Part shown: in pieces, positions 9,037 through 17,429 of the stretch
Numbering within the stretch: position 1 is the stretch's first letter
How the letters are laid out: every line of letters starts with the position of its first letter
From: Deltaproteobacteria bacterium
Lineage (GTDB): Bacteria; Myxococcota_A; UBA9160; SMWR01
Direction: 5' to 3'
NCBI GenBank assembly: GCA_032128375.1
Contig: JAQBGU010000102.1
Span: forward strand, 1 to 27,980
DNA length: 27,980 bases
Program-made: the position numbers and the translations under genes
The notes under the pieces: model-generated
The model's database searches: none
Seen by the model: the letters and a program-made list of their open reading frames with translations, nothing else
Told to the model about the DNA's origin: nothing

Positions 9037-9833
9037 GACTCTGCTCGGGCCGGCCGGCCGTCGCGGCGCAGCGGCAGCCAATCGGTGTTCGGCGGCGTGA
9101 ATCCCCAGCGCTGCTGGCTCTGATCCACAGTGTCGGCCGATGCCAGGTGATAGACCATCGCAAGCCGGGAGTCGTTCGAACCGTTGTCGGTGGAGCGGTG
9201 AAACAAATGACTGTGGAACACCAGCAGGTCGCCGGCCTGCATCAGCACCGGAATTTCGGCGGACGTGTCGTAGTCTACGATCTCGACATAGCCGTAGTTC
9301 GCATGCGGTCGCGCGTCGGCAACGATGTCGTGGATCGGTTCCGCGTGCGAACCCGGCACGACCCACAGCGGCCCGTTATCGATACGCGCTTCGCTGACTG
9401 CCAACCAGATTCCGACCTGCGGGCCGCGGTCGAACGGGAAGTAGAACGAATCCTGGTGCCATGGCTGCCCCAGCGCTCCCGGACGCTTGGCGATGAACTG
9501 GGAAAGGAAGCAGTCGATGTCGGGGCCTAACAGACCTTCGGCAATATCCAGCAGCGCTTGGTTCGAAACGAAATCGCGAAACAGCTTTTCGTCGCGGTGT
9601 ATTCGGAACAGTTTGGAGACTTCGTCCTCTGGATTCACCGCAACCGCGGAAAGCCCGAGCTCCTTCGTCACGTAGGCATCACCGATCGACGCGCCCGCCG
9701 CAGCCGCGCGGGCGAGTTCGACGACCCGGGCTTCCATCATCTGAAGCACCGGCGGCTCAGCGAAACGGGGCAGCAAGAAAAAGCCATCGCGGTCCCACGA
9801 CTCGCGCATCGCCGGCGTCAGTGCATCGGACAC
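9033..9833 (-). CDS. Phytanoyl-CoA dioxygenase (PhyH) family Fe(II)/2OG dioxygenase
   Basis: WDRDGFF, WHQDSFY, NGPLWVVPGSH, LFHRSTDN and RLA. GTG start with GGAG upstream. Confidence 0.92.
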   Translation of the reverse strand: MSDALTPAMRESWDRDGFFLLPRFAEPPVLQMMEARVVELARAAAAGASIGDAYVTKELGLSAVAVNPEDEVSKLFRIHRDEKLFRDFVSNQALLDIAEGLLGPDIDCFLSQFIAKRPGALGQPWHQDSFYFPFDRGPQVGIWLAVSEARIDNGPLWVVPGSHAEPIHDIVADARPHANYGYVEIVDYDTSAEIPVLMQAGDLLVFHSHLFHRSTDNGSNDSRLAMVYHLASADTVDQSQQRWGFTPPNTDWLPLRRDGRPARAES

Positions 9834-9852
9834 GGGAAAATCTCCTGCTCGG

Positions 9853-9873
9853 TTTCGCGTTTCGCATTTCGCG
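9853..9873. repeat. 3 x 7-bp tandem repeat TTTCGCR in the PhyH leader
   Basis: TTTCGCG TTTCGCA TTTCGCG. Confidence 0.7.
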
Positions 9874-10006
9874 AAGGTTCATTATCACCCGGATGGTCGA
9901 GGAGAGCGAGGATTCAAACCCGCTGCTGAGCAACCCCAGCGATCCGGGATCACCGCGATTTCGACGTTGCCATGCTGTGGCTTGCGGCAGCGAGCCCGCC
10001 GGACCG

Positions 10007-11551
10007 TCAGGCGTGCGAAAATTCGAAACAAAGCGCCGCCGGGGAGCCCGAAGACGTCGCCGCCGCGTTGGGTGGAGTCGATATCACCTGGCGTAAGCAC
10101 ACACCCGCATCGACGACCGTCATCTCGACCCGTTCACCGTCGGACAGGCGCCTGACGCGAGCGTCCCTCATTTCGTCAAGTAGCGGAACATTCTTGATCA
10201 CGACGTCGTCCGAACTCGGCACGCCGAGCACGATGGCGTAGACACGATTTTCGTTTCGTGTGAAGCGCACGGGAAGACCCTCTGCGGTCTCGCCGTCAGA
10301 TCGTTGCCAGGGACGGCTTCCGTAGATGGCCTCGCCGTTTCGGTCGAGCCACTCACCCATCGCCTCGAGGCGTGTGCGCTGCGGCGTTGGTATTGCCGCA
10401 TCCTCGCCGCGCGGCCCGACATTGAGCAGCAGGTTCCCGTTCTTGGACACGCTGTCAATGAACCCCGTGATCAGGTTTTCAGCGCTCTCGTAGTCGGCGT
10501 CAGCATGGTTGCGGTTGTACCCAAACGACGCGCTCATTCCGCGTGTCGCCTCCCACTTGTAAGCAGTGATCTCGTCGAAGCTCGTGTACTCCGGCGTGCG
10601 AAAATCGAAATGAGCCGGACGCGGCGGGACGATGCCTTTCCGGCCTTCGCCTCTTGCATGGGCGCGCCGGCTCGCCCGATCGATCAGGGCATCGACCACG
10701 CGCTGGACGGGTCGATATCGGAGCAGGCGCAGGGCCATGTTCTGGTGCATCCACCGATCGTTGATCACGCCTTCGGGTACGGCGCCATAGTAGTCGGCCA
10801 TGAGTGAAAGCATGGCAGCGCGGTCACTGGGCCACGAGATGTCGTTCCAGAGCACATCGGGCGAGTAACGCTCGACCAACTCGCGCACCTGAGCGTCGGC
10901 GTAGGCGGCGTAGCCGCCCTGCGGAACCGAGCCGATGAACTCCGCAAAGGTCCGCGCCGGCCGCGTGTTCCACGACCAATCGATCCCGCCAGAGTAGTAC
11001 ACACCGAAGCGCAGCCCGACGCCTCGTACCGACTCGGCGAGTTCACCGACGATGTCGCGCTCGCTACACCACTTCGATTGATGCGGGTTGGCGATCTGGC
11101 TCGGCCACAGGCAATAGCCGTCGTGGTGCTTGCTAACGAGGACGACATAACGCGCACCGGCTCGCCGAAACAGCCGCGCCCACTCGTCAGGGTCCCATTC
11201 GCGCAGCCCATCGTTGAATGCGTCCCGAAAGTCCGTGTATGGACGGCCACCATAATGCGTTGCATGGAACTCCGCGGTCGGACTGCCCGGCACCCGCAGC
11301 GCATTCCAGTACCATTCCGTATACGGGGTCATGACCATCGAGTTCGAGTGGCTTCCACTGAACGCGTCCGAGATATGTTCCGTCGGCGCCGCGAATCCGG
11401 GAACCGAAAACAGACCCCAGTGAATGAAGATCCCGAACTTGGCATCGTCGAACCAGCTCGGGATGGCGTGGCTGCGGAGAGATTCGAGCGTGGGTGCGTG
11501 GCCGGGGTGTGACATGGCTTCCATCGTTCGCGACGCCTGGGGTTCTGTCAA
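10007..11551 (-). CDS. Alpha-L-fucosidase, GH29
   Basis: PSWFDDAKFGIFIHWG, KHHDGYCLW, LWND (nucleophile), SFGYN and SKNGNLLLNVGP. No signal peptide is evident. The start could be one of several nearby Met codons. Confidence 0.93.
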   Translation of the reverse strand: MTEPQASRTMEAMSHPGHAPTLESLRSHAIPSWFDDAKFGIFIHWGLFSVPGFAAPTEHISDAFSGSHSNSMVMTPYTEWYWNALRVPGSPTAEFHATHYGGRPYTDFRDAFNDGLREWDPDEWARLFRRAGARYVVLVSKHHDGYCLWPSQIANPHQSKWCSERDIVGELAESVRGVGLRFGVYYSGGIDWSWNTRPARTFAEFIGSVPQGGYAAYADAQVRELVERYSPDVLWNDISWPSDRAAMLSLMADYYGAVPEGVINDRWMHQNMALRLLRYRPVQRVVDALIDRASRRAHARGEGRKGIVPPRPAHFDFRTPEYTSFDEITAYKWEATRGMSASFGYNRNHADADYESAENLITGFIDSVSKNGNLLLNVGPRGEDAAIPTPQRTRLEAMGEWLDRNGEAIYGSRPWQRSDGETAEGLPVRFTRNENRVYAIVLGVPSSDDVVIKNVPLLDEMRDARVRRLSDGERVEMTVVDAGVCLRQVISTPPNAAATSSGSPAALCFEFSHA

Positions 11552-11620
11552 TGATTTCCTCGAGCGCTTGCGAAGCCGCTGCGCTCAGTGGCCATTCGAG
11601 AGTTTTACTCTGCTTATGGC

Positions 11621-11661
11621 TCTCCCTTTCATTGTCCACTTCATTCTCCCTTTCACTCTCC
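11621..11661. repeat. About 3.5 x 12-bp degenerate tandem repeat that duplicates the sulfatase stop region
   Basis: TCTCCCTTTCAT TGTCCACTTCAT TCTCCCTTTCAC TCTCC. On the minus strand it reads GGAGAGTGA / AAGGGAGAATGA / AGTGGACAATGA. Confidence 0.7.
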
Positions 11662-13029
11662 ATAGCCGAGGGCTCGCAGCACTTCGATTTCCCCCTTGGA
11701 GAGGTCGATTTCCGGGCTATCGATCTGCTTCGACCCGACTTCGCGAAGCAACGTATGGAGCTGTGCCGAAAGTTCGCGTACGCGCGCGGGCTCGTGCGCG
11801 GCAATGTTGTCCAGTTCGCCGGGGTCCCGCTCCAGGTCGTAGAGTTCGGTATCGCCGGTGAGCAGATTGTCGATCAACTTGAAACGAGGACCAACGAGTG
11901 ACACCTGCTTCGTGGTCTTCTTTGCGTTGAACTGCGAGACGGGGACGAAATCCACCTCTGTGATGACACTTGCTGCGGCGCTCGATGGGAGCGCGCTACT
12001 CAGTAGGGCAACGAGCGATGGCTGGGCAAAGGACTCGGGGATCTCGAGCCCGAGCAACTCCATGATGGTCGGCGCCAGCATGGTCAGAGACACCAGCTCA
12101 TCGATCTCGGCGCGCGCGGCTGGCTGTGGCAGGCGAACAATCAATGGAACGCGCACCAACTCGTCGTAGAGGGTCCTGGTATGGCCCAGCCATCCCCGTT
12201 CGAGGAATTCCTCCCCGTGGTCGGCGGTCAACAGAATCAACGTATCGTCGTAGTGGCCGAGTGATTTCAGGCTTTCGAGCAATCGGCCGATTCCGGCGTC
12301 GGTGTGGCGAATTTCTCCGTCATAAAGATCTCGCACGAATTCCCGCTCCTCGGGTGTCAAGTCCGTGCCAAGGTCGCGCAGGAAACCGATTTCTTCTCCG
12401 CCCCGAAGCCGACCGGCCCGAACCGGGGCGAAATCGAAATCTTCGTGACGCCGATAGGTGTAGTGAGGGTCGAAGTAATGAACGAACAGAAAAAACGGTG
12501 CATCACCGGCAGAGAGCCGCTCGAGCATGGAGATTGCGGAGTCCGTCACGCCTTGGGTGGACGTGCCATTGTGACCCCTGGCGTGATGCTCGTCGAACCA
12601 ATCGAACCCGCGACTGAGGCCCCAGCGCTCGCCGATGACGATGTGGCTGACGACACCCGCGGTCGCAAAGCCCTTGTCTCGCAGCATCCCGGCCAGCGTG
12701 GGAATCTCGACCGACAGCGCGGTGCGCGGACGAATCACCCCATGCGCGGTCGGGTACAAACCCGTGAGCATCGAGGTGACAGACGGCATCGTCCAACCCG
12801 AAGTCGCATACGCGCGATCGAAGCGCACCCCTTCCGCAGCCAGCGCGTCGATGGCTGGCGAGGTGTCACGCGCATAGCCGTAGGCACCCAGATGGTCGCG
12901 CCTGAGCGTATCGACAACGATGAACACCGCGTTTCGGATTCCGGGCGTCTGCGAGTCCCGACAGCCTGTGAAAAAGCCGAGCGGGACGAGTGCCGCGATG
13001 ATGGCGAAGGTCGGGAGAGCGCGTCGCAT
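11653..13029 (-). CDS. Sulfatase-like (alkaline phosphatase superfamily) protein, predicted lipoprotein
   Basis: IVVDTLRRDHLGAYG, WTMPSVTSMLTG, HYFDPH, YDGEI, TADHGEEF and ELYDL..DPGE. The N-terminus is MRR plus a hydrophobic stretch and an FTGC lipobox-like site. Confidence 0.9.
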   Translation of the reverse strand: MRRALPTFAIIAALVPLGFFTGCRDSQTPGIRNAVFIVVDTLRRDHLGAYGYARDTSPAIDALAAEGVRFDRAYATSGWTMPSVTSMLTGLYPTAHGVIRPRTALSVEIPTLAGMLRDKGFATAGVVSHIVIGERWGLSRGFDWFDEHHARGHNGTSTQGVTDSAISMLERLSAGDAPFFLFVHYFDPHYTYRRHEDFDFAPVRAGRLRGGEEIGFLRDLGTDLTPEEREFVRDLYDGEIRHTDAGIGRLLESLKSLGHYDDTLILLTADHGEEFLERGWLGHTRTLYDELVRVPLIVRLPQPAARAEIDELVSLTMLAPTIMELLGLEIPESFAQPSLVALLSSALPSSAAASVITEVDFVPVSQFNAKKTTKQVSLVGPRFKLIDNLLTGDTELYDLERDPGELDNIAAHEPARVRELSAQLHTLLREVGSKQIDSPEIDLSKGEIEVLRALGYGE

Positions 13030-13081
13030 GTGTTCAGTTCACTCGGGACACTGCCGGAGAAGGAATCCGCTGGGGGTCGTC

Positions 13082-13090
13082 AGCTTAGCA
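13082..13090 (-). promoter_or_regulatory. Candidate extended -10 (TGnTAAGCT) for the sulfatase-like gene
   Basis: The minus strand reads TGCTAAGCT about 50 nt upstream of the ATG at 13029. Confidence 0.35.
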
Positions 13091-13132
13091 AGCAGTATCG
13101 TATCCTGATGCGTTCCCACTGCCGGATGGAGA

Positions 13133-13282
13133 GCCGGAACTCAAACCGGAACCAAAGCCGGAACTCAAACCGGAACTCAAACCGGTACCAAAGCCGGAAC
13201 TATATATAGGGCCGGAACTCAAGCCGGTGCCAAAGCCGGTACTGACGCCGGTACTGACGCCGGTACTAACGCCGGTACTAAA
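13133..13282 (+). repeat. 12-unit array of 12-bp repeats (RCCGGWRCYNAM), one unit extended by TATATA
   Basis: Units at 13133, 13145, 13157, 13169, 13181, 13193 (18 bp), 13211, 13223, 13235, 13247, 13259 and 13271. Confidence 0.95.
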
Positions 13283-13292
13283 GGAGCGCTGC

Positions 13293-14084
13293 GTGACCGA
13301 TCGCGAACCTCTCGTCATCGAGCGCGACGCCGGTGTCCTCACACTCAGCATCAACGACGCGCCCATCAACCGCATGTCGCTCGAATACATGGACGCGCTC
13401 GAACAAGCCGTGAACGACGCGGCTGGGGATCACAGCGTAAAGGTGCTCGTGTTCACTGCGGTGGGTGATCAGAATTTCTCGGTCGGTATGGACCTCAAAC
13501 AACTCGGCGCCGGTGCGGCGGCCCGCGGTGGCGCCGAAGCGGTCTTCGACCAGCGTCTGCGCGTGCTGGCGACCATTGAGAACATGGCGAAGCCATCGAT
13601 TGCAACCTTGTTCGGTTACTGCCTCGGCGGGGGGTTGGAGTTGCCGCTCGCATGCCACTTTCGGCTCGCCGCTGAGACGGGTGCGAAGATCGGGCTCCCG
13701 GAACTCGATCTCGGCGCAGTACCCGCCTGGGGGGGCACAGCACGGCTGACCCGGTGCGTCGGTCGCGACCACGCGCTCGATTTGATCCTGCGTGCCAAGA
13801 AGATCGACGGGCGCGAGGCGCACCGGATCGGCCTGGTACAGGAAGTCCACCCACTCGAAAAGCTCAAAGCGTCCGCACGAGCGCTTGCGCTCGAACTCGC
13901 GGCGATGCCTCCGGTGGCTGTCGCGGGCGTGCTGCGCTGCGTCGTCGGGGCCGGCGCCGCCCCACTCGACGAAGCGATCGCCGAAGAGCGAGCCGCCGTG
14001 CTGCGCTGCGCCACCAGCAAGGACCAGATCGAAGGCATGCGTGCCTTCATCGAAAAGCGCCGGCCCGTCTTCACTGGAGAGTAA
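13293..14084 (+). CDS. Enoyl-CoA hydratase/isomerase family protein
   Basis: FSVGMDL, CLGGGLELPLACHFR, GLPELDLG and EGMRAFIEKRRPVF. AAGGAG RBS at 13281-13286 precedes the GTG at 13293. Confidence 0.95.
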   Translation: MTDREPLVIERDAGVLTLSINDAPINRMSLEYMDALEQAVNDAAGDHSVKVLVFTAVGDQNFSVGMDLKQLGAGAAARGGAEAVFDQRLRVLATIENMAKPSIATLFGYCLGGGLELPLACHFRLAAETGAKIGLPELDLGAVPAWGGTARLTRCVGRDHALDLILRAKKIDGREAHRIGLVQEVHPLEKLKASARALALELAAMPPVAVAGVLRCVVGAGAAPLDEAIAEERAAVLRCATSKDQIEGMRAFIEKRRPVFTGE

Positions 14085-14148
14085 TCGCGGCCAGAAGGGC
14101 CGGGTTACCTTCTGGAACCAATACCCGGGAAAATAGAGGAGCGTAGAT

Positions 14149-15000
14149 ATGAAAGAGCTTCGAGATCGGGTTGCCGTCGTCACGGGCGCCGCAAGTGGAA
14201 TCGGGTTGGCGCTCTGCCGGCGCTTTGCGACCGAGGGGATGCGCGTGGTGCTCGCGGATATCGAAGGCGATGCGCTCGAAGCCGCCCGCCGGGAGTTGGT
14301 CGACGGCGGCGCAGAGGCGATTTCCGTGCGCACCGATGTCAGCCAGGCCGACCAGGTCAGCGCGCTCGCGCAAGCGACCATCGATGCCTTTGGCAAGGTA
14401 CATGTGCTGTGCAACAACGCGGGGGTATTTGCGGCGGGTGCGTCGTGGCAGGTGCCTTTGACCGACTTTGAGTGGGTGTTCGGCGTCAACATCTTTGGCG
14501 TCCTTCACGGCATTCGCAGCTTCGTCCCAATCATGCTCGAACAGAACGAGCCGGCGCACATCGTCAATACTGCGTCGATGGCCGGAGTGACCCGCGCGCC
14601 ACTCGTATCGGCGTACTACATGAGCAAGCACGCCGTCGTCAGCCTGAGCGAGACTCTGTTTCTCGAGCTCCAGGATGGACCCATCGGCGTCTCGATGCTG
14701 TGTCCCGAGGTCATCAATACGCGCATAGGCCTCTCTGAGCGCAACCGTCCACCGCATCTCAAGCGCGGAGAAGTGGAGGAACCTACTTCCGTACTGGTGG
14801 AGTCGAGCCTTGCCGCGGCGATCGATCAAGGACTCGACCCGTCGGTGATGGCCGATCGCGTCGTCAACGGGATCCGTGAAGACCAGCTCTACATCCTGTC
14901 CGAACAGGGCGGCGCCTGGCGGAATGTCTGCAATGCGCGTCTCGACGATATCCGCCTGGCCCGCAACCCGACAGGACCGGCACTCGCGATCGACAACTGA
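14149..15000 (+). CDS. Short-chain dehydrogenase/reductase (SDR)
   Basis: TGAASGIG, NNAG, NTAS and YYMSKH (YxxxK). GAGGAG RBS. Confidence 0.95.
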   Translation: MKELRDRVAVVTGAASGIGLALCRRFATEGMRVVLADIEGDALEAARRELVDGGAEAISVRTDVSQADQVSALAQATIDAFGKVHVLCNNAGVFAAGASWQVPLTDFEWVFGVNIFGVLHGIRSFVPIMLEQNEPAHIVNTASMAGVTRAPLVSAYYMSKHAVVSLSETLFLELQDGPIGVSMLCPEVINTRIGLSERNRPPHLKRGEVEEPTSVLVESSLAAAIDQGLDPSVMADRVVNGIREDQLYILSEQGGAWRNVCNARLDDIRLARNPTGPALAIDN

Positions 15001-15029
15001 TCTCTCCAATAGATGAGCGAACCGCACAG

Positions 15030-16076
15030 ATGGCAGATTCCCGCATCCCAAACGAACCGCGTCTGCCGAAATCCGTCGAGGAGATCACCGCCGCGTGGCT
15101 GACTAGCGCGCTGGCCGTTCGGCATCCGGGCACACGCGTCGGAGAGCTCACTCAGACGTGGGTGATACACGGCTCCGGGACGAAGATCGCGCTGGACCTG
15201 GTGTACGAGTCGAATCCAGCGGGACTCCCCGCATCGCTGATCGTGAAGGCGGCGCTCGAAGATCACGGGATACCGGTGTCCATCCGACCCGAAGCGCTCT
15301 TCTACGACATCGTGCGCCCACAGATTTCGGTGTCGGCACCTCACTGCGTCTACACAGCTCACCGCGAGGAGCCCGGCGCAATAGTGCTCGAAAACCTGTT
15401 GGTACGCGGATGCCAGATGACCGACGCGATTGCGGGTTGGAGTGTGGACACAGTCCGCCACGGGCTCACACAGCTCGCAAGCCTGCACGCCAGGTGGTGG
15501 GGCAAAGGTCAGGTTCGGGGTGTCCCCGAATTTGCCGGCTCGAACGCGTTCGGTGCAGTGCTGATGGAAGCGGGTTATTGGGAATCGTGTGTCGCCGGCC
15601 CGACTGCGGAACACGTGCCCGAGCCGTTTGGCGATCGCGAACGGATGGCGCGTTGGGTGCCGGTGTTGTGGGCACTCGACAACAGCACGCCCAGGTGCTT
15701 TCTGCACGGTGATGCGCATCTCGGCAACACCTACATCGATGCGGACGGCGGGCCCGGTTTTCTCGACTGGCAGGGCATCCGCGCCGGACACTGGGGCCGC
15801 GAGGTTTGCTACTTCCTGGCGGGTGCGCTGAGCATCGAGGACCGGCGGGTCAGCGAGGAATCGCTGTTGCGCGGTTATCTCGATGCGCTTGCAGCCGGCG
15901 GGGCCGACCCGCTGCCCAGCTGGGACGCGGCCTGGTTGAGCTATCGGCGGCACATGCTTCACGGGCTGCTGTGGTTCCTGTGTCCAACACAGATGCAACC
16001 ACTCGAAATCATCAGCGCCAATGTGCAGCGGTTCGGCGCTGCAGCGAGCGACCACCGGGTCGACCGGCTGTTTTGA
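15030..16076 (+). CDS. Aminoglycoside phosphotransferase / ecdysteroid-kinase-like small-molecule kinase
   Basis: ITAAWLT N-terminus, LIVK, EALFY, LASLHARWW, Brenner motif HGDAHLGN and FLDWQ. Confidence 0.88.
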   Translation: MADSRIPNEPRLPKSVEEITAAWLTSALAVRHPGTRVGELTQTWVIHGSGTKIALDLVYESNPAGLPASLIVKAALEDHGIPVSIRPEALFYDIVRPQISVSAPHCVYTAHREEPGAIVLENLLVRGCQMTDAIAGWSVDTVRHGLTQLASLHARWWGKGQVRGVPEFAGSNAFGAVLMEAGYWESCVAGPTAEHVPEPFGDRERMARWVPVLWALDNSTPRCFLHGDAHLGNTYIDADGGPGFLDWQGIRAGHWGREVCYFLAGALSIEDRRVSEESLLRGYLDALAAGGADPLPSWDAAWLSYRRHMLHGLLWFLCPTQMQPLEIISANVQRFGAAASDHRVDRLF

Positions 16077-16143
16077 GCCGGGTCTCGGGAGCAGTGCTCG
16101 TTGCGGATCGTGAAGACCCCCTGAGGATTGGATCGCGACGCGG

Positions 16144-16149
16144 TAAACT
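16144..16149 (+). promoter_or_regulatory. Candidate -10 (TAAACT) placed for a leaderless P450 transcript
   Basis: TAAACT lies 6 nt before the ATG at 16156, and no correctly spaced SD is present. Confidence 0.45.
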
Positions 16150-16155
16150 CCGGGA

Positions 16156-17409
16156 ATGGCAGAGCTGGATTCTCTAGACAGCCTCGACTCTCTCGACGTC
16201 GTCGGGCCCGATACCTACATGAACGATGGCTATCCCCACGCAGCCTGGAAGCGACTGCGCCATGAGTCGCCCGTTCACTGGTTCGATCTCCCTGGTGGCG
16301 TGGGTTTCTGGGCGATCACGCGGCGAGCCGACATCGTCTGGCTGTCGAAGCAGCCGACGCGGTTCTTGAATGCCCCCCGACTGGCGATCTTCGAAGAGGG
16401 ACAACCCATCGAAGAGCGCGACACGCGTCACTTGCTGAACATGGATCCGCCCGAGCACACGAAATTTCGTTCAGCCGCCAGTCATTGGTTCACCCCGCGT
16501 GCCATCAAAGCGCGTCGCGCAGAAATCGAACGCATCACCGGCGACCTGCTCGACGAGATGGCCGGCGACGGTGAAATCCGCGAGGGAGACTTCGTAAAGG
16601 ACTTCACGGCACCGCTCACGCTAGCGGTACTGGCCGACATGCTCGGTGTTCCTCGCGAAGATTGGCACTTGATGTTCGAGTGGACCAATCGGATCGCCGG
16701 CGCAGCGGACCCCGAGTACCAGGCCGAGGGTGCGGTACCCGGCGCGAGCGTGGGCGAAGCACGCAACAACCTGTTCAGCTACTTTGCGAAGCTCGCCAAG
16801 CAGCGGATCGACGACCCCCGAGACGACATGGTCTCGGTACTCACATCCGCGCGTTTCGACGACAAGCCGATGCCGCCGATGGAACTGCTCTCGTATTTCT
16901 TGCTGCTGGTGGTAGCCGGCAACGAAACGACGCGAAATGCCGCGAGCGGAGGGCTGTTGGCGCTCATCGAGAACCCGGATGAATTCCAAAAGCTTCGGGC
17001 GAACCCGCGTCTCGTCGACACGGCTGCAGAAGAGATCGTCCGATGGACCACGCCGGTGATCCAGTTTTGCCGGACCCCGGTAGAAAGCTTCGAATTTCAT
17101 GGCAAGAAGATCAACGCGCGCGACTCGATGTGCCTGTTCTACGCGTCTGCGAATCGCGACGAAGCGGTATTCGACGATCCCGATGTGTTTCGAATCGACC
17201 GCAAGCCCAACCCCCACCTCGGATTCGGGATCGGCGAGCACTTCTGCCTCGGTGCCAGCTTGGCGCGGCTCGAACTGCGGGTCATCTTCGAGATGCTGGC
17301 CAAGCGACTCGAGTGGGTCGAACTGGCGGGAGCCTACGAGCGAACCCGATCCAGCTTCCTCGGTGGCGTCAAGCGCATGCCGATCCGCTACCGGCTGCGC
17401 CCTTCCTGA
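16156..17409 (+). CDS. Cytochrome P450 (resembles the CYP125/CYP124/CYP142-type lipid/sterol oxidases)
   Basis: GFWAITR, MDPPEH, AGNETT (I-helix), EEIVR (ExxR) and HLGFGIGEHFCLG (heme Cys). Confidence 0.96.
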   Translation: MAELDSLDSLDSLDVVGPDTYMNDGYPHAAWKRLRHESPVHWFDLPGGVGFWAITRRADIVWLSKQPTRFLNAPRLAIFEEGQPIEERDTRHLLNMDPPEHTKFRSAASHWFTPRAIKARRAEIERITGDLLDEMAGDGEIREGDFVKDFTAPLTLAVLADMLGVPREDWHLMFEWTNRIAGAADPEYQAEGAVPGASVGEARNNLFSYFAKLAKQRIDDPRDDMVSVLTSARFDDKPMPPMELLSYFLLLVVAGNETTRNAASGGLLALIENPDEFQKLRANPRLVDTAAEEIVRWTTPVIQFCRTPVESFEFHGKKINARDSMCLFYASANRDEAVFDDPDVFRIDRKPNPHLGFGIGEHFCLGASLARLELRVIFEMLAKRLEWVELAGAYERTRSSFLGGVKRMPIRYRLRPS

Positions 17410-17429
17410 AGCCGGCCCGGCCAACGCGC

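Noticed and set aside
8203..9833. Fe/2OG halogenases paired with the dehalogenase-like gene
   Set aside because: Both enzymes keep the HxD aspartate, whereas halogenases have Ala or Gly there.
13133..13282. CRISPR array
   Set aside because: The units are only 12 bp and directly abut, with no unique spacers and no cas genes in the window.
13085..13390. Gly/Ser/Thr repeat protein (STGV/SSGL repeats) on the minus strand
   Set aside because: It is just the translation of the 12-bp DNA array and overlaps the ECH gene in antisense.
17043..17429. Long N-terminal extension of the HAD ORF overlapping the P450, or a P450-HAD frameshift fusion
   Set aside because: The extension is Arg/Pro-rich off-frame sequence typical of high-GC DNA. 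The P450 ends normally and no slippery site is seen.
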